This document shows positions 20,285 through 29,715 of a stretch of 54,293 nucleotides of DNA, one piece after another (within the stretch, counting starts at the first letter, position 1; each line of letters begins with the position of its first letter). Origin of the DNA: an uncultured Deinococcaceae bacterium (GTDB lineage Bacteria > Deinococcota > Deinococci > Deinococcales > Deinococcaceae); contig CAXULY010000037.1 of the NCBI GenBank assembly GCA_964252075.1, positions 1 to 54,293 on the forward strand, written 5' to 3'. A program made the translations under genes and the position numbers. Under the pieces are notes generated by a model, which saw only the letters and a list, made by a program, of their open reading frames with translations, ran no database searches and was not told where the DNA came from.

Positions 20285-20944
20285 TTACTGGCCCTGTCGC
20301 TCCGAAAGGGCCTCCTCGAGCGCGCGCGCCATGGCCACCACGCCCGGAGCGCCGTGGGCCGAAGCCAGCTCGCTCGCCTCCACCAGATGCGCCTGGGCCG
20401 CGCTGAAGTCTCCCAGCTCCATGCGCAGTTCAGCCAGGGCGACCAAGGCCGCGGCGACGCCCTCGTGAAAGGCCATCTCCCGGCGGAGCTGCACCGACGC
20501 TTCCAGCCAGGGCGCCGCGGCCACCAGACGGCCCCTGAGGATCTCATCGAACCCCAGGTGCCGGGCGATACAGGACCGCAGCAGGGGGTCCTCGAAGCGT
20601 TCAGCCAACACCTGAGCCTGGCGGTACAGCGGCAGGGCCGCATCCAGGTCTCGTTGAACGACCTGGTGGAACGTGCCCATCCAGAACAGCGCCTCCGCCT
20701 CGCCCTTCACATCACCCAGCGCGTGGTACAGCGCGCGCGCCTGTTCGAGCGACGGCCATTCCAGGGGGCGCGGCGTGCGGTCCAGCAGGTATTGCGCGTG
20801 GGCGAGCCGCCCTCGCGCCAGGGCCGCGCCGGCTTCCAGCTGGTGGAGGTGCCGTTCTGCGGCCTCTAGCACCGACGCGTCCGTGCGGTAGGCCTCGATC
20901 GCCCGGATGGACGCGATCGCGTCAAAGGACTGGTAGGTGGACAT
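20285..20944 (-). CDS. tetratricopeptide-repeat protein
   Basis: tandem TPR-like helices (ALYHALGDVKGEAEAL, ALPLYRQA). Confidence 0.75.
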   Translation of the reverse strand: MSTYQSFDAIASIRAIEAYRTDASVLEAAERHLHQLEAGAALARGRLAHAQYLLDRTPRPLEWPSLEQARALYHALGDVKGEAEALFWMGTFHQVVQRDLDAALPLYRQAQVLAERFEDPLLRSCIARHLGFDEILRGRLVAAAPWLEASVQLRREMAFHEGVAAALVALAELRMELGDFSAAQAHLVEASELASAHGAPGVVAMARALEEALSERQGQ

Positions 20945-21039
20945 GCGTCATTCTTCCATGGGCATCAAACGGCTGAGCGGGCCGGTCGGTATCATGCCCG
21001 CGCCTGACGCTGCAAACTCCCCCCACGTCGCCTCGGAGG

Positions 21040-21370
21040 CACTCTTGCGGGGCGTGGAGGGCGTGCGGGCGGCCGCGCCGCTGCGCGTGGGCCCGGAGGC
21101 GGTACAGGCGGTACAGGTGGGCGTGGGGTGGGCCGACGGCGACGGCCACGGGCGCGAGCAACGTGCTGCGCGCGAGCTGCATGGCCTGGGTGCGGTGGGG
21201 CGTTCGAGGACCTGGTCGTCACGCTGAACGACCAGCATCACCTCATCTGCCCGCCGCCCCGTGAGGACCAGGCGGTGTCGTTGGTGCTGAGTCGCCAGCG
21301 CAGCAGCGTGGCCCTGGCGCGCCGTGAAGACCCAGCTGGCGCACCGGGCGGGGTGGGTGGCGCGCCCTGA
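21040..21370 (+). pseudogene. degraded roadblock-like small protein
   Basis: EDLVVTLNDQHHLI...LVLSRQRSSVALARR resembles the EDILITL..QYHLI..NLALAR family; frameshifted upstream. Confidence 0.35.
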
Positions 21371-21647
21371 TGGCCGCTCATGCGGCGGTCTTTGAGCGCT
21401 GGAGGCGCGGGTGGGATCAGGAGCCCTCTTCGGACGTCCGCTCAGCCTGCCCCCGACGCGCGAACGGCCTGCCCCGCCATCAGGGCGTGAAGCGGCGGCG
21501 GTCGGCGGACCCCACCGCCGGGGTCAGGGATGTCACCGGTCGCCTGTTGTGCCAGGGCCGCCACCTTTCTATCGGGGCAGTATCAGGCAGGGTTGACCTG
21601 CCGTGCTGAGGTCGGCGACTAGTAAACGCCGCAGGGCCCACGCGCCC

Positions 21648-22316
21648 TCAGCTGACGTGCAGCCGGTACCCCAGGCGGTGAGCGGTCTGCAACAGCCCGT
21701 CCGCTCCAGCACACCGCAACTTGTGCCGCAGGCCGGCCACATGACCCTCAATGACGTTCCGACCTCGCAGCGAAGGGCGGTGGGACAGGCCCCAGGCGAT
21801 TTCCCCGCGCGAGTACACCCGCTCAGGCGCCCGGGCGAGCAGGGCCAGCAGCTCAAACTCCATGGGCGTCAGGTGCAGGGCCTGATCCGCGAAGTGCGCG
21901 AGGTGCGCTGAGCCATCGAGACTCAGGCGCCCCACCTTGACGGAGCGTGCGCCGAGCGCGGGCCGCAGTCGTCGGGCGATCCGGGCGTCCAGTTCCGCAG
22001 GCGCACAGGGCTTGATCAAATGGTCGTCCACGTCGACGGCCAGCAGCGCGATGGTTTGAGCGAGCTGCGCTCGCGCGGTCAGCACAATGATGGGGAGATC
22101 CGAGACGGCCCGCAGTTCCCGCGCCAGCTGGAGGCCAGGCATATCGGGTAGGTCGAGGTCGAGCACCACCAGCTCTGGCTGCCAGCGCGTCGCCAGCGAC
22201 AGGGCCGTGGTGCCGTCCGACGCCACCTGGACGTCATGCCCGACGTGGGTCAATCGGTCCCTCAACGCCATTAACAGTTGAACATCGTGCTCAATACAAA
22301 TAATTTTTGAAGTCAT
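21648..22316 (-). CDS. OmpR-family response regulator
   Basis: receiver motifs LDLDLPD, LTA, KP; wHTH LTPMEFELL...LRHKL...GY. Confidence 0.9.
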   Translation of the reverse strand: MTSKIICIEHDVQLLMALRDRLTHVGHDVQVASDGTTALSLATRWQPELVVLDLDLPDMPGLQLARELRAVSDLPIIVLTARAQLAQTIALLAVDVDDHLIKPCAPAELDARIARRLRPALGARSVKVGRLSLDGSAHLAHFADQALHLTPMEFELLALLARAPERVYSRGEIAWGLSHRPSLRGRNVIEGHVAGLRHKLRCAGADGLLQTAHRLGYRLHVS

Positions 22317-22674
22317 GAACGAAGAATAGGCGCAATCGACGTCACCCGTTGCAGTGAGCATCAACTAATAACCGACCTGATAAATTTGGCCGTCTGCATA
22401 TAAATAATCTTCTGCGGTCTTTTCTTGGTTTGACGTTCAGCCGCTTGACGCGTCACCCGACCACAATAAGAAGGTCGGTGGACGCGAGAAGCGCTGTGGC
22501 TTCATTCCCCGGACCGCGCGCGGGCGTTCCGCCCCTCCTGAACGGCCCATCGCCCTGACCGCCCCTCGGGCCACCATGGTCAGGCAGCCACGGCCGTTGC
22601 CCCGAAGACCATTGCCGCGGCCCACACGGTCAGCGGCCAATCGTCCGGGGACCCACCAGTGATGAAGGACCTCC

Positions 22675-24374
22675 ATGGACGAACTGCAGCACCTCGGCCT
22701 GTATGCGCGGGCACTCAAGCGTCACCTGCCCCGCTCCGTGTTTGACCCTGTCCCCACCCGCCTGTGGTGGCTGCTGCCCAACCTGCTGACCATCATCCTC
22801 GGCGCGCTCGCCATCGCCCTGACCTCCTGGCCGCTGTGGGCGAAGCTGCCCATCAGTGGCCTGATCGGGCTGTCTTTCGCGGGCCTGGGGTTCCTGGCGC
22901 ACGAGGTGCTGCATGGTTCGGTGGTGCGGACCCCCTGGTTGCGCGACGCCATCGGCGGGTTGTGCTTTGCCCCTTTTGGCGTCTCGCCGCGCCTGTGGCG
23001 CCGCTGGCACAACGTGGAACACCACGGCCACACCCAGCACCCCGACCTGGACCCCGACGCCTTTGACACGCTGGAAAGTTACAGCGGTCACGTCGGCATC
23101 CGCCTGCTGTCCGGCACGCCTCCTGTCGTTCGCAGCGCCCTGTACTTCGCGTCGTTCTCGTTCTGGTTTTCACTGCACGCGCTGCTGATCCTGCGTCGCT
23201 TCCGCACGCACCTCAAGGCAAGAGACCGCACGGTCGCTTATCTCCAGACCCTCGCACCGTACCTGCTCTGGCTGGGTGTAGCGCTCCTGGTCGGTTGGCC
23301 CCATTTTCTGTTGATCTACCTGATACCGGTGCTGATCGGCAATTTCGTGGTGATCGCCTACATCGCCACGAACCACGGCCTGAACCCCATGACCCAAACC
23401 AACGACCCGCTGGCGAACAGCCTGTCGATCATCAACCCGCGCTGGTTGGACTTCTTGCACCTGAATTTCTCCCACCACGTCGAGCATCATGTGCTGCCCG
23501 GCGTGAACCCACTGCACGGCCCGATGGTCAAGGCTGTCCTGAAGCGGCTGTACCCGGAGCGTTACCACGAACTGCCGTGGGGCGCCGCCCTGCGCGCGCT
23601 CTGGAGCACCCCACGGTTCTACGGTTCGGATCGCGTCAGCTTCGTGAGCCCCGAAGGGCTCATTTCCGGCAGCCTCGGTCATGGCCTGCTGACTGGCGCG
23701 CGCACGAAGGGCGGTGGCGCGCGGGATCCGCTCCCCCGCCTGTACTCCGCGCTGCGCGAGCCGCTCAACGGCCTCACGCACTGGGTCGGGGCGCTGCTGT
23801 CCGTGGCGTTCCTGGCGGTGGCGTTGACTTGGGCGCATGAGCGGGCGCTGCCGTGGTGGCCGTTCGCGGTGTTCGGCGTGAGTGCCGCGCTGCTGTACGC
23901 CGCCTCAGCGAGCTACCACAGCTTCCAGTGTCGCCGCGCGCCCTGGGCTGGCTGCGCAAGCTGGACCACAGCGCCATCTTCGTCCTGATTGCCGGCAGCT
24001 ACACCCCGCTGGTGTACTTCGGACTGACGGGCGCCGGTCGTTCCCTGACGCTGGGCGTGATCTGGGGCGCCGCACTGGCTGGCGTGGCGCTCAAGCTGAT
24101 CACCTTGCGCCTGCCGCGCTGGGCATCCACCATGCTGTACCTGGCGGTCAGCTGGGTGGGTCTGGTGTTGCTGCCGCACTTCCTGCAGGCGCTGCCTGCC
24201 GCGGCGCTGATCTGGCTGGGCGTGGCTGGCCTGACCTACACCGTGGGCGCCCTCGTGTACGCCACCCGGAAGTTGGACTTCAGGCCCGGCGTGTTCGGCT
24301 TCCACGAGGTCTGGCACCTGTTCGTGCTGGGCGGCACCGGCGCCACGGGCGTCATGGTGTTCCATCTGCACTGA
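22675..24374 (+). CDS. fatty-acid desaturase::hemolysin III (PAQR) fusion with one frameshift at about 23927
   Basis: His boxes HEVLH, HNVEHH, HVEHH; in-frame REPLNGLTH and SASYH; after the shift DHSAIF..IAGSYTP and HEVWHLFV. Confidence 0.85.
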
Positions 24375-24426
24375 TTCTGTCCTCTTCGCCACACCACCGG
24401 GGCTCATGTCCCACAAGGAGCACCAC

Positions 24427-24552
24427 ATGGCACGATTACACGGCAACACAGGTCAAAACACCGGCGGCTGGCTGGTCCTCCTGATCGTCCTGGCGCTCGC
24501 CGCGCTGGTCGTCCTCGATTACCTGGACATCGTCCAGCTGGGCGTCTTGTGA
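24427..24552 (+). CDS. 41-aa single-TM small protein (not in the ORF track)
   Basis: AAGGAG RBS; MARLHGNTGQNTGGWLVLLIVLALAALVVLDYLDIVQLGVL; GTGA overlap with the next gene. Confidence 0.7.
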   Translation: MARLHGNTGQNTGGWLVLLIVLALAALVVLDYLDIVQLGVL

Positions 24553-26507
24553 CGTCCGCCGTGAACGAGGCCAGGCCCTTCATGCGGCGCGGCCGGGACC
24601 TGCTGGGCAAAAGCGTCGTGACGGTCGAGGAGGGCGAGCGTCTGGCGCCCGTGCGGGACCTGATTTTCGATCCTGCGGGCGGCGAACTGCTGGCGCTGCT
24701 GGTGGCGGAAGCGGGTTGGTTCCGGGCCGCGCAGGTGATTCCGTTCCACTTGGTGCGCAGCATCGGCGAGGACGCGGTGGTGATCGGCTCGTCATCGAAC
24801 GTGATGGCGGCGCGCGACATGAACCGCGTCATCGAGAGCATTCGCGACCACCGCACCCTCGTCGGCACCACCCTGATGACCACCGAAGGCGACAACCTCG
24901 GCAAACTGGCTGACCTGTACTTCGATGAGCACACCGGTCAGGTGACCGGCTACGAAGTGACCGGCGGCCTGTTCGCCGACCTGGCGTCTGGGCGCTCCTA
25001 CGTTCCCGCGGTGGAGCAACTGAACCTCGGCCGAAACCTTGCGTTCGTCACGCCTGAAGTGGCCCGTCAGATGGAGGAGCAGGAGGCTGGCGGGCTGCAA
25101 GGCGCCCTCGCAACCGCGGGGCAACGCGCCGGCGCAGCGGCAGGCGGCGTGGCAGACGGCGCGCGTGGGGTGGCGGAGCACATCTCGGACAGCGTCCGGG
25201 CGCGGCAGAAGGCGTTCGTGGTGGGCCACACCGCCGCCAGCGACGTGACGGCCCAGGACGGCACCCTCATCGCCCCTCAGGGCATGGTGATCACGGCGGC
25301 GGAAGCCACCCTCGCGGAACGGCACGGTGCCCTGGGGAGCCTGCTTGCGGCCGTGGGCGCGGGCGTCTTTCAGGAGGGTTCCGCACAGTGGCGCGACAGC
25401 GCCCTGTCCAGCTACCACCGGGTGTCGGACGCCGTGCGTGCGCACCAGAAGGCCTTCGTGGTGGGCAAGACCGCCGGACGTGACGTCACCGCCGAAGACG
25501 GCACGGTCATCGCCACCGAAGGCGCACCCATCACGTCCCTGCAAGCGGAGATCGCCGATGACAAGGGCGTGCTGGGTCACCTGATGGCTTCGGCGGGTGG
25601 GGGAACGGCGCAAGCGGGCTGGGCGGCCACCCAGGAGCGCGTGCAGGGCGGATTCGCGTCCATCGCCACCGCCAGCCGGGAACATCAGAAGGCGTTCGTG
25701 GTGGGCAAAACGGCGCACAGGGCGGTCATCGCCGACGACCACGGCCTGATCGTGGCGCAAGGCGGCGTCATCACGGAAGAAGACGCCGGGCGCGCCGAAG
25801 CGCGGGGCGCCCTGGGCCAGCTCGTCCTGGCCGCCGGAGGGGACAGCGCGCCGGGCGAACTGGTCGGTGCTCGCCTGGTCATTGCGCCGGAACCCGCCGG
25901 GCGCCTCGCGCAGACCCTGGGCCGCCGGGTGCAGCAGGACGTGCGCGGTCCCGCCGGCTCACTGATCGCCGCCGCCGGGCAGATCGTCACCGAAGCGGTC
26001 ATCCACCGGGCGCAGGCGTTCCACCGGGAAGCCGACCTCGCGGCGAACGTCCAACTGGACCAGCCGATCACCAAGCGGTTGGGCGTCACCACCAGCCAGC
26101 TGGGCGACCGTCTGGCCGAAGGTGCCGAAAGCCTACGGGCGGGCACCAGCAGCCTGGTGGACCGCACCCGCAGCTGGCTCGCCACGCAGCGGGACGAGGC
26201 CGGGAAGGCGACCGAGGAGCGCGGGATCAGGGACGCGCTGGGGCGGCCCGTCACGCGCGTCATCCTCAACCCGCAGGACCACATCGTTCTCAACGTGGGG
26301 GAGTTGGTGACCCACAAGGCCGTGGCGCAGGCCCGGCAGGGTGGGGTGCTGCCCATCCTGCTCGCCAGCGTCTCCAGAATCGAACCGCACATCAGTCCAC
26401 TGGACGTGCGACCCATCGAGGCGGGCGAAGCGGCCCTGAACAGTCAGGAAGACGCAGCCAAGCAGGGCACCAGACCGCAGGGCCTGATGGCACCCCCACG
26501 CGCTTGA
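24549..26507 (+). CDS. PRC-barrel domain protein with internal repeats
   Basis: two PRC barrels (G..V...EGE..VRDLIFD; GDNLGKLADLYFDEHTG) followed by 80-aa repeats. Confidence 0.85.
   Translation: MTSAVNEARPFMRRGRDLLGKSVVTVEEGERLAPVRDLIFDPAGGELLALLVAEAGWFRAAQVIPFHLVRSIGEDAVVIGSSSNVMAARDMNRVIESIRDHRTLVGTTLMTTEGDNLGKLADLYFDEHTGQVTGYEVTGGLFADLASGRSYVPAVEQLNLGRNLAFVTPEVARQMEEQEAGGLQGALATAGQRAGAAAGGVADGARGVAEHISDSVRARQKAFVVGHTAASDVTAQDGTLIAPQGMVITAAEATLAERHGALGSLLAAVGAGVFQEGSAQWRDSALSSYHRVSDAVRAHQKAFVVGKTAGRDVTAEDGTVIATEGAPITSLQAEIADDKGVLGHLMASAGGGTAQAGWAATQERVQGGFASIATASREHQKAFVVGKTAHRAVIADDHGLIVAQGGVITEEDAGRAEARGALGQLVLAAGGDSAPGELVGARLVIAPEPAGRLAQTLGRRVQQDVRGPAGSLIAAAGQIVTEAVIHRAQAFHREADLAANVQLDQPITKRLGVTTSQLGDRLAEGAESLRAGTSSLVDRTRSWLATQRDEAGKATEERGIRDALGRPVTRVILNPQDHIVLNVGELVTHKAVAQARQGGVLPILLASVSRIEPHISPLDVRPIEAGEAALNSQEDAAKQGTRPQGLMAPPRA
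25200..25850 (+). repeat. three intragenic repeats with 240-bp period
   Basis: CAGAAGGCSTTCGTGGTGGGC at 25206, 25446 and 25686. Confidence 0.85.
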
Positions 26508-26580
26508 CGGCAAGCGCCGCCCAGCAGAAACGCATGGGCATGGTCTGGGGTTGATCGACCTCCCCAGGCCAGGACGGAAG

Positions 26581-26651
26581 ATGGAAGCCGAGGACTCGAA
26601 CCCCGATCGACGCCTTTAGAGGGTGCGGCCCTGCCGACCAACGAGCTTCCA
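26581..26651 (-). tRNA. tRNA-Gln-like cloverleaf with CTA (amber) anticodon, possibly pseudo
   Basis: TGGAAGC/GCTTCCA acceptor stem; T8, G18G19; loop CT-CTA-AA; T arm CGGGG-TTCGAGT-CCTCG; weak D stem; A29.C41 mismatch; no CCA. Confidence 0.7.
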
Positions 26652-26837
26652 GTAGGGTGGACTGGGCGCACAGGCCGGACTCCACCAGGACGGAGCGCTG
26701 GGCCGCTCCCTGCCTTCCGCCGGTCCCACGGGACCACCCGTGGGACCCTCCGACCGACAGGCTCATTGTCGCCGGGCGGTTCCATCGGGCGCGTCGGCCA
26801 TGCGGCGTGCGCTATCTGACGCAGCGCTCAGCGCACC

Positions 26838-27102
26838 TTGGGTGACGCGCTGGGCGGCCTAAGGGCGGCACGCAGCTCGGGGACGCCGTCACGCGCGTGC
26901 ATGGCCGCCCGCATGACCGCATGATCGTCTTCACGGACGAGCAGGGCAGCGACGTGGTGCCCACCCCGCCCGGCGCGGGTACCTGGTGAACATCGCGAGC
27001 AATGAGCAGGCCGTGGGCTTTGGGGCGTGGACGCGCATCACGGGCTTCAGCGAAAACGTGCTGCGCTGGCTGCAGGAAGAGGAGCGGTTTGTCGACGCAT
27101 GA
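26838..27102 (+). pseudogene. TROVE/Ro60-like protein C-terminal (vWA) remnant
   Basis: GGTQLGDAV...DRMIVFTDEQ, frameshift at about 26975, then YLVNIAS...VGFGAWTRITGFSE. Confidence 0.7.
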
Positions 27103-27422
27103 CGCCTGAAGCCCCTCCCCGCCCCCACTACCGGCACTGGTCGGAGGTGCCCGAGCACCTGCTCACCCGCACGGCGCTCGGGCGGGAGGGCTTCCTGCCG
27201 GGCGGCCCCGAGCGCGCCACCATCACGTACAACCGCAGCAAGGACGAGACGGTGCTGTTCGACTGGCGGGAGGCGACGCCCAAGCGGCCGCTCACCGAGG
27301 TGCAGCTCCTCGGCTTCGAGCTGGGCGCGCGCTTCGAGCACGACTACCCCAGTCCCGCCATGCGGGAGTGCGGGCAACCCGCCCGGGACGCCCTGAACGC
27401 CCTGGACGGCACCACCCTGTGA
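27099..27422 (+). CDS. phage-like hypothetical protein
   Basis: ATGA overlap with the TROVE remnant; W..VPEHLLTRT.L...G..PGG. Confidence 0.6.
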   Translation: MTPEAPPRPHYRHWSEVPEHLLTRTALGREGFLPGGPERATITYNRSKDETVLFDWREATPKRPLTEVQLLGFELGARFEHDYPSPAMRECGQPARDALNALDGTTL

Positions 27423-27496
27423 TCCACGTGCGCGTCGAATCCCTGCGGGCAGGGTGCCGCTTCTTGAGGGGTCAACGTTCACCGGTCCTCCGCGAT

Positions 27497-27952
27497 TCAG
27501 CGAATCGCGTGTAGCACCAGCGCTTCGATCCGCGCCTCCACCTCCGCACTCCAGTCCACCAGCGCGAACGCGGTCGGCCACAAGGTCCCGTCATCCAGGC
27601 GCGCGTGGTCGCTGAAGCCCAGCGTGGCGTAGCGGGTCTTGAATTTCTGCGCGCCCTGGAAAAAGCAGATCAGTTGGCCGTCCCGGGCGTACGCCGGCAT
27701 GCCGTACCAGAGTTTCGGGGTGAGGCTGGGCGCGCGGGCGGTGATAAGCGCGTGCAGCCGCTCCCCCAGTGCACGGTCGTGACCTTGCATCTCGGCGAGC
27801 TTCGCGAGCACCGCGTGCTCCCCGGCCACGCCCTTCAACTCGGCGGCGCGCTCCTTCATCGCCGCCCGCTCCTCCGCCGTGAAGCGGGGCGCTTTTCCCT
27901 TTTCACCGACGCTGCTGGACGTGTTCAGTTCCTGCTTCATCTTGGTCGTCAT
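27497..27952 (-). CDS. YdhG-like (DUF1801) protein
   Basis: [11 protein letters not shown]...[16 protein letters not shown]. Confidence 0.88.
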   Translation of the reverse strand: MTTKMKQELNTSSSVGEKGKAPRFTAEERAAMKERAAELKGVAGEHAVLAKLAEMQGHDRALGERLHALITARAPSLTPKLWYGMPAYARDGQLICFFQGAQKFKTRYATLGFSDHARLDDGTLWPTAFALVDWSAEVEARIEALVLHAIR

Positions 27953-28014
27953 ATGATGTCCTCCAATGTGGGTTGAGGTCCATGGTCGCCTGAGGGCTGC
28001 ACGGGCGCGTCGGA

Positions 28015-28425
28015 TCAGGGGCGCTGCTGAATGCGGATGAGGTTGCCGGCCGGATCGCGCACGGCGCAGTCCCGCACCCCGTACGGCTGCTCGGTGGGCT
28101 CCTGCACCACCTCCACGTCGCCGCCCTGCACGCGCTCAAACGTGGCGTCCAGGTCCGCCGTCGCCAGAATCAGCGTCGCGTAGCTGCCCTTCGCCATCAT
28201 CTCCGTGATGGTGCGCCGTTCCTCGTCCGTCAGGCCCGGCGTGGCCGCCGGCGGGTACAGCACCACGGACGTGCCGGGCTGACCGTGCGGCCCCACCGTG
28301 ATCCAGTGCAGGCCACCGTACCCGACGTCACCGCGCACCTCGAAGCCGAGGGTGTCGCGGTAGAAGCGCAGCGAGGCGTCCGGGTCGTGGTGCGGGAGGA
28401 ACGTCTGGTGGATGGTGAGGTCCAT
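28015..28425 (-). CDS. VOC/glyoxalase family protein
   Basis: [10 protein letters not shown]...[26 protein letters not shown] -10 box. Confidence 0.9.
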   Translation of the reverse strand: MDLTIHQTFLPHHDPDASLRFYRDTLGFEVRGDVGYGGLHWITVGPHGQPGTSVVLYPPAATPGLTDEERRTITEMMAKGSYATLILATADLDATFERVQGGDVEVVQEPTEQPYGVRDCAVRDPAGNLIRIQQRP

Positions 28426-28434
28426 GCCGTCACT

Positions 28435-28600
28435 CTAGGCGCCGCCCCTGTCCGGCGCTTCTCGATTCCTGATGGGTCGCGTCCGTGGCGCGCTGACGGC
28501 TGCTGACCTGAACGCGCGTGGTCCTGCTGAGGCCTGGCGCTGTGCGGTGGCTGGACGTGCCAGGGCGCGACCAGTTCCACGGACCGACCCCTGAATTCGA
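28435..28600 (-). pseudogene. 3' remnant of an AraC-family regulator
   Basis: terminal TRPIRNREAP recalls AraC genes that precede VOC-DUF1801 pairs; the rest is decayed. Confidence 0.35.
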
Positions 28601-28958
28601 GTGGACTTGCGCGACCGTGCCTGTCCGGGCCGACGCCTCGACGAGCGGCGCGGGATGAGCGGCACCGTCCTGATCATTGGGCGGCCTGGGCGTGGGCCGG
28701 TGAACCGCCTGGTGGAATGCGCGGATGGCTTCCCGTGCGTGTGCGGCTGGGTCGTGCTGGTTTGGCTGCGCGAACGTTCGCGCGCCTGACGCGGAGGGCC
28801 TTCGGCGCACATGCATCCCCTGGGGTGGATGCGACGCTTCGCCGCTTGAGTTGGTGTCGGGAGCAGTCCCTTCGACTTGGAATCGGGGAACGCAGGTTTG
28901 GACCACCTCAAGTTTCGGACCGTCCGTCACGACTTCGAATGAACGTCGGGATGGACGG

Positions 28959-29546
28959 TCAAGGGACCGAATGCGCGTCCCCTTCGGAGGTCAGCGTTTT
29001 GAAGGCGGCCAGTACCCGGGTGATCACGGCGGAAAGCGGCGTGGATTCGTCCGAATCGAGCCACTGGGTCAGGGCGGTGCCCAGCACCATCACGGCGAGG
29101 TCGGCGGCGAGGGTGGCGGTCAGCTCGTCGCTGCCCCGCCGCATGAAGCCCTCGGCGATGGCGGCCCTGAGCGTCGCCATCTTCTGCAGCTTCCGTTCCC
29201 GTAACCCCTGATCCGTGCTGATGATCGTCTCACGGACGTGCAGGACACCACGTTGTTGCCCGAACACGGTTTCGGCAAAAGGACCGAGTTGGGAGAGGAT
29301 CAGCTGGACGGGCCGTACATCTGGCGGGACCTGGGCCATGCGCTGCAGCACGAGTGTGGGGACCTCGGCGTCTCCGGCGAACAGCACCTCGCGCTTGTCG
29401 GCGAAGTGGCGAAAGAAGGTGCGGGTGGTCAGGCCGGCACGGGCCGCGATCTGCGGCACGGTGGTCTCCGCAAATCCCTGTTCCAGGAACAGCGCCAGGG
29501 CCGCCTGCTCAAGTCGGGCCTGCGCGCCGGTCTGCCACCTCGCCAT
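28959..29546 (-). CDS. TetR-family regulator
   Basis: LFLEQGFAETTVPQIAARAGLTTRTFFRHFADK; TATACT box 5 nt before ATG. Confidence 0.93.
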   Translation of the reverse strand: MARWQTGAQARLEQAALALFLEQGFAETTVPQIAARAGLTTRTFFRHFADKREVLFAGDAEVPTLVLQRMAQVPPDVRPVQLILSQLGPFAETVFGQQRGVLHVRETIISTDQGLRERKLQKMATLRAAIAEGFMRRGSDELTATLAADLAVMVLGTALTQWLDSDESTPLSAVITRVLAAFKTLTSEGDAHSVP

Positions 29547-29560
29547 GCCTCAGTATAGGC

Positions 29561-29610
29561 GATGACACTTCATGTCATCATTGTGCTAGGGTGATGACAT
29601 GAAGTGTCAT
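29561..29610. promoter_or_regulatory. paired palindromic TetR operators
   Basis: GATGACA-CTTCA-TGTCATC and its inverted copy between divergent genes. Confidence 0.8.
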
Positions 29611-29715
29611 GAATGTCAGAGCGGGATAGACGCCGCAGATTGAGCAAAACGGCCACGCCGCCATGCAGTCCACAGCCCTTTATTCCCCGTCCCGTTCTGA
29701 ACAGGAGCACCCCGC

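Noticed and set aside
26581..26651. Pyrrolysine tRNA (CUCUAAA loop)
   Set aside because: It has a canonical TTCGA T loop, G18G19 and a 5-bp anticodon stem, and no pylS/BCD genes are in the window; a Gln-type body fits better
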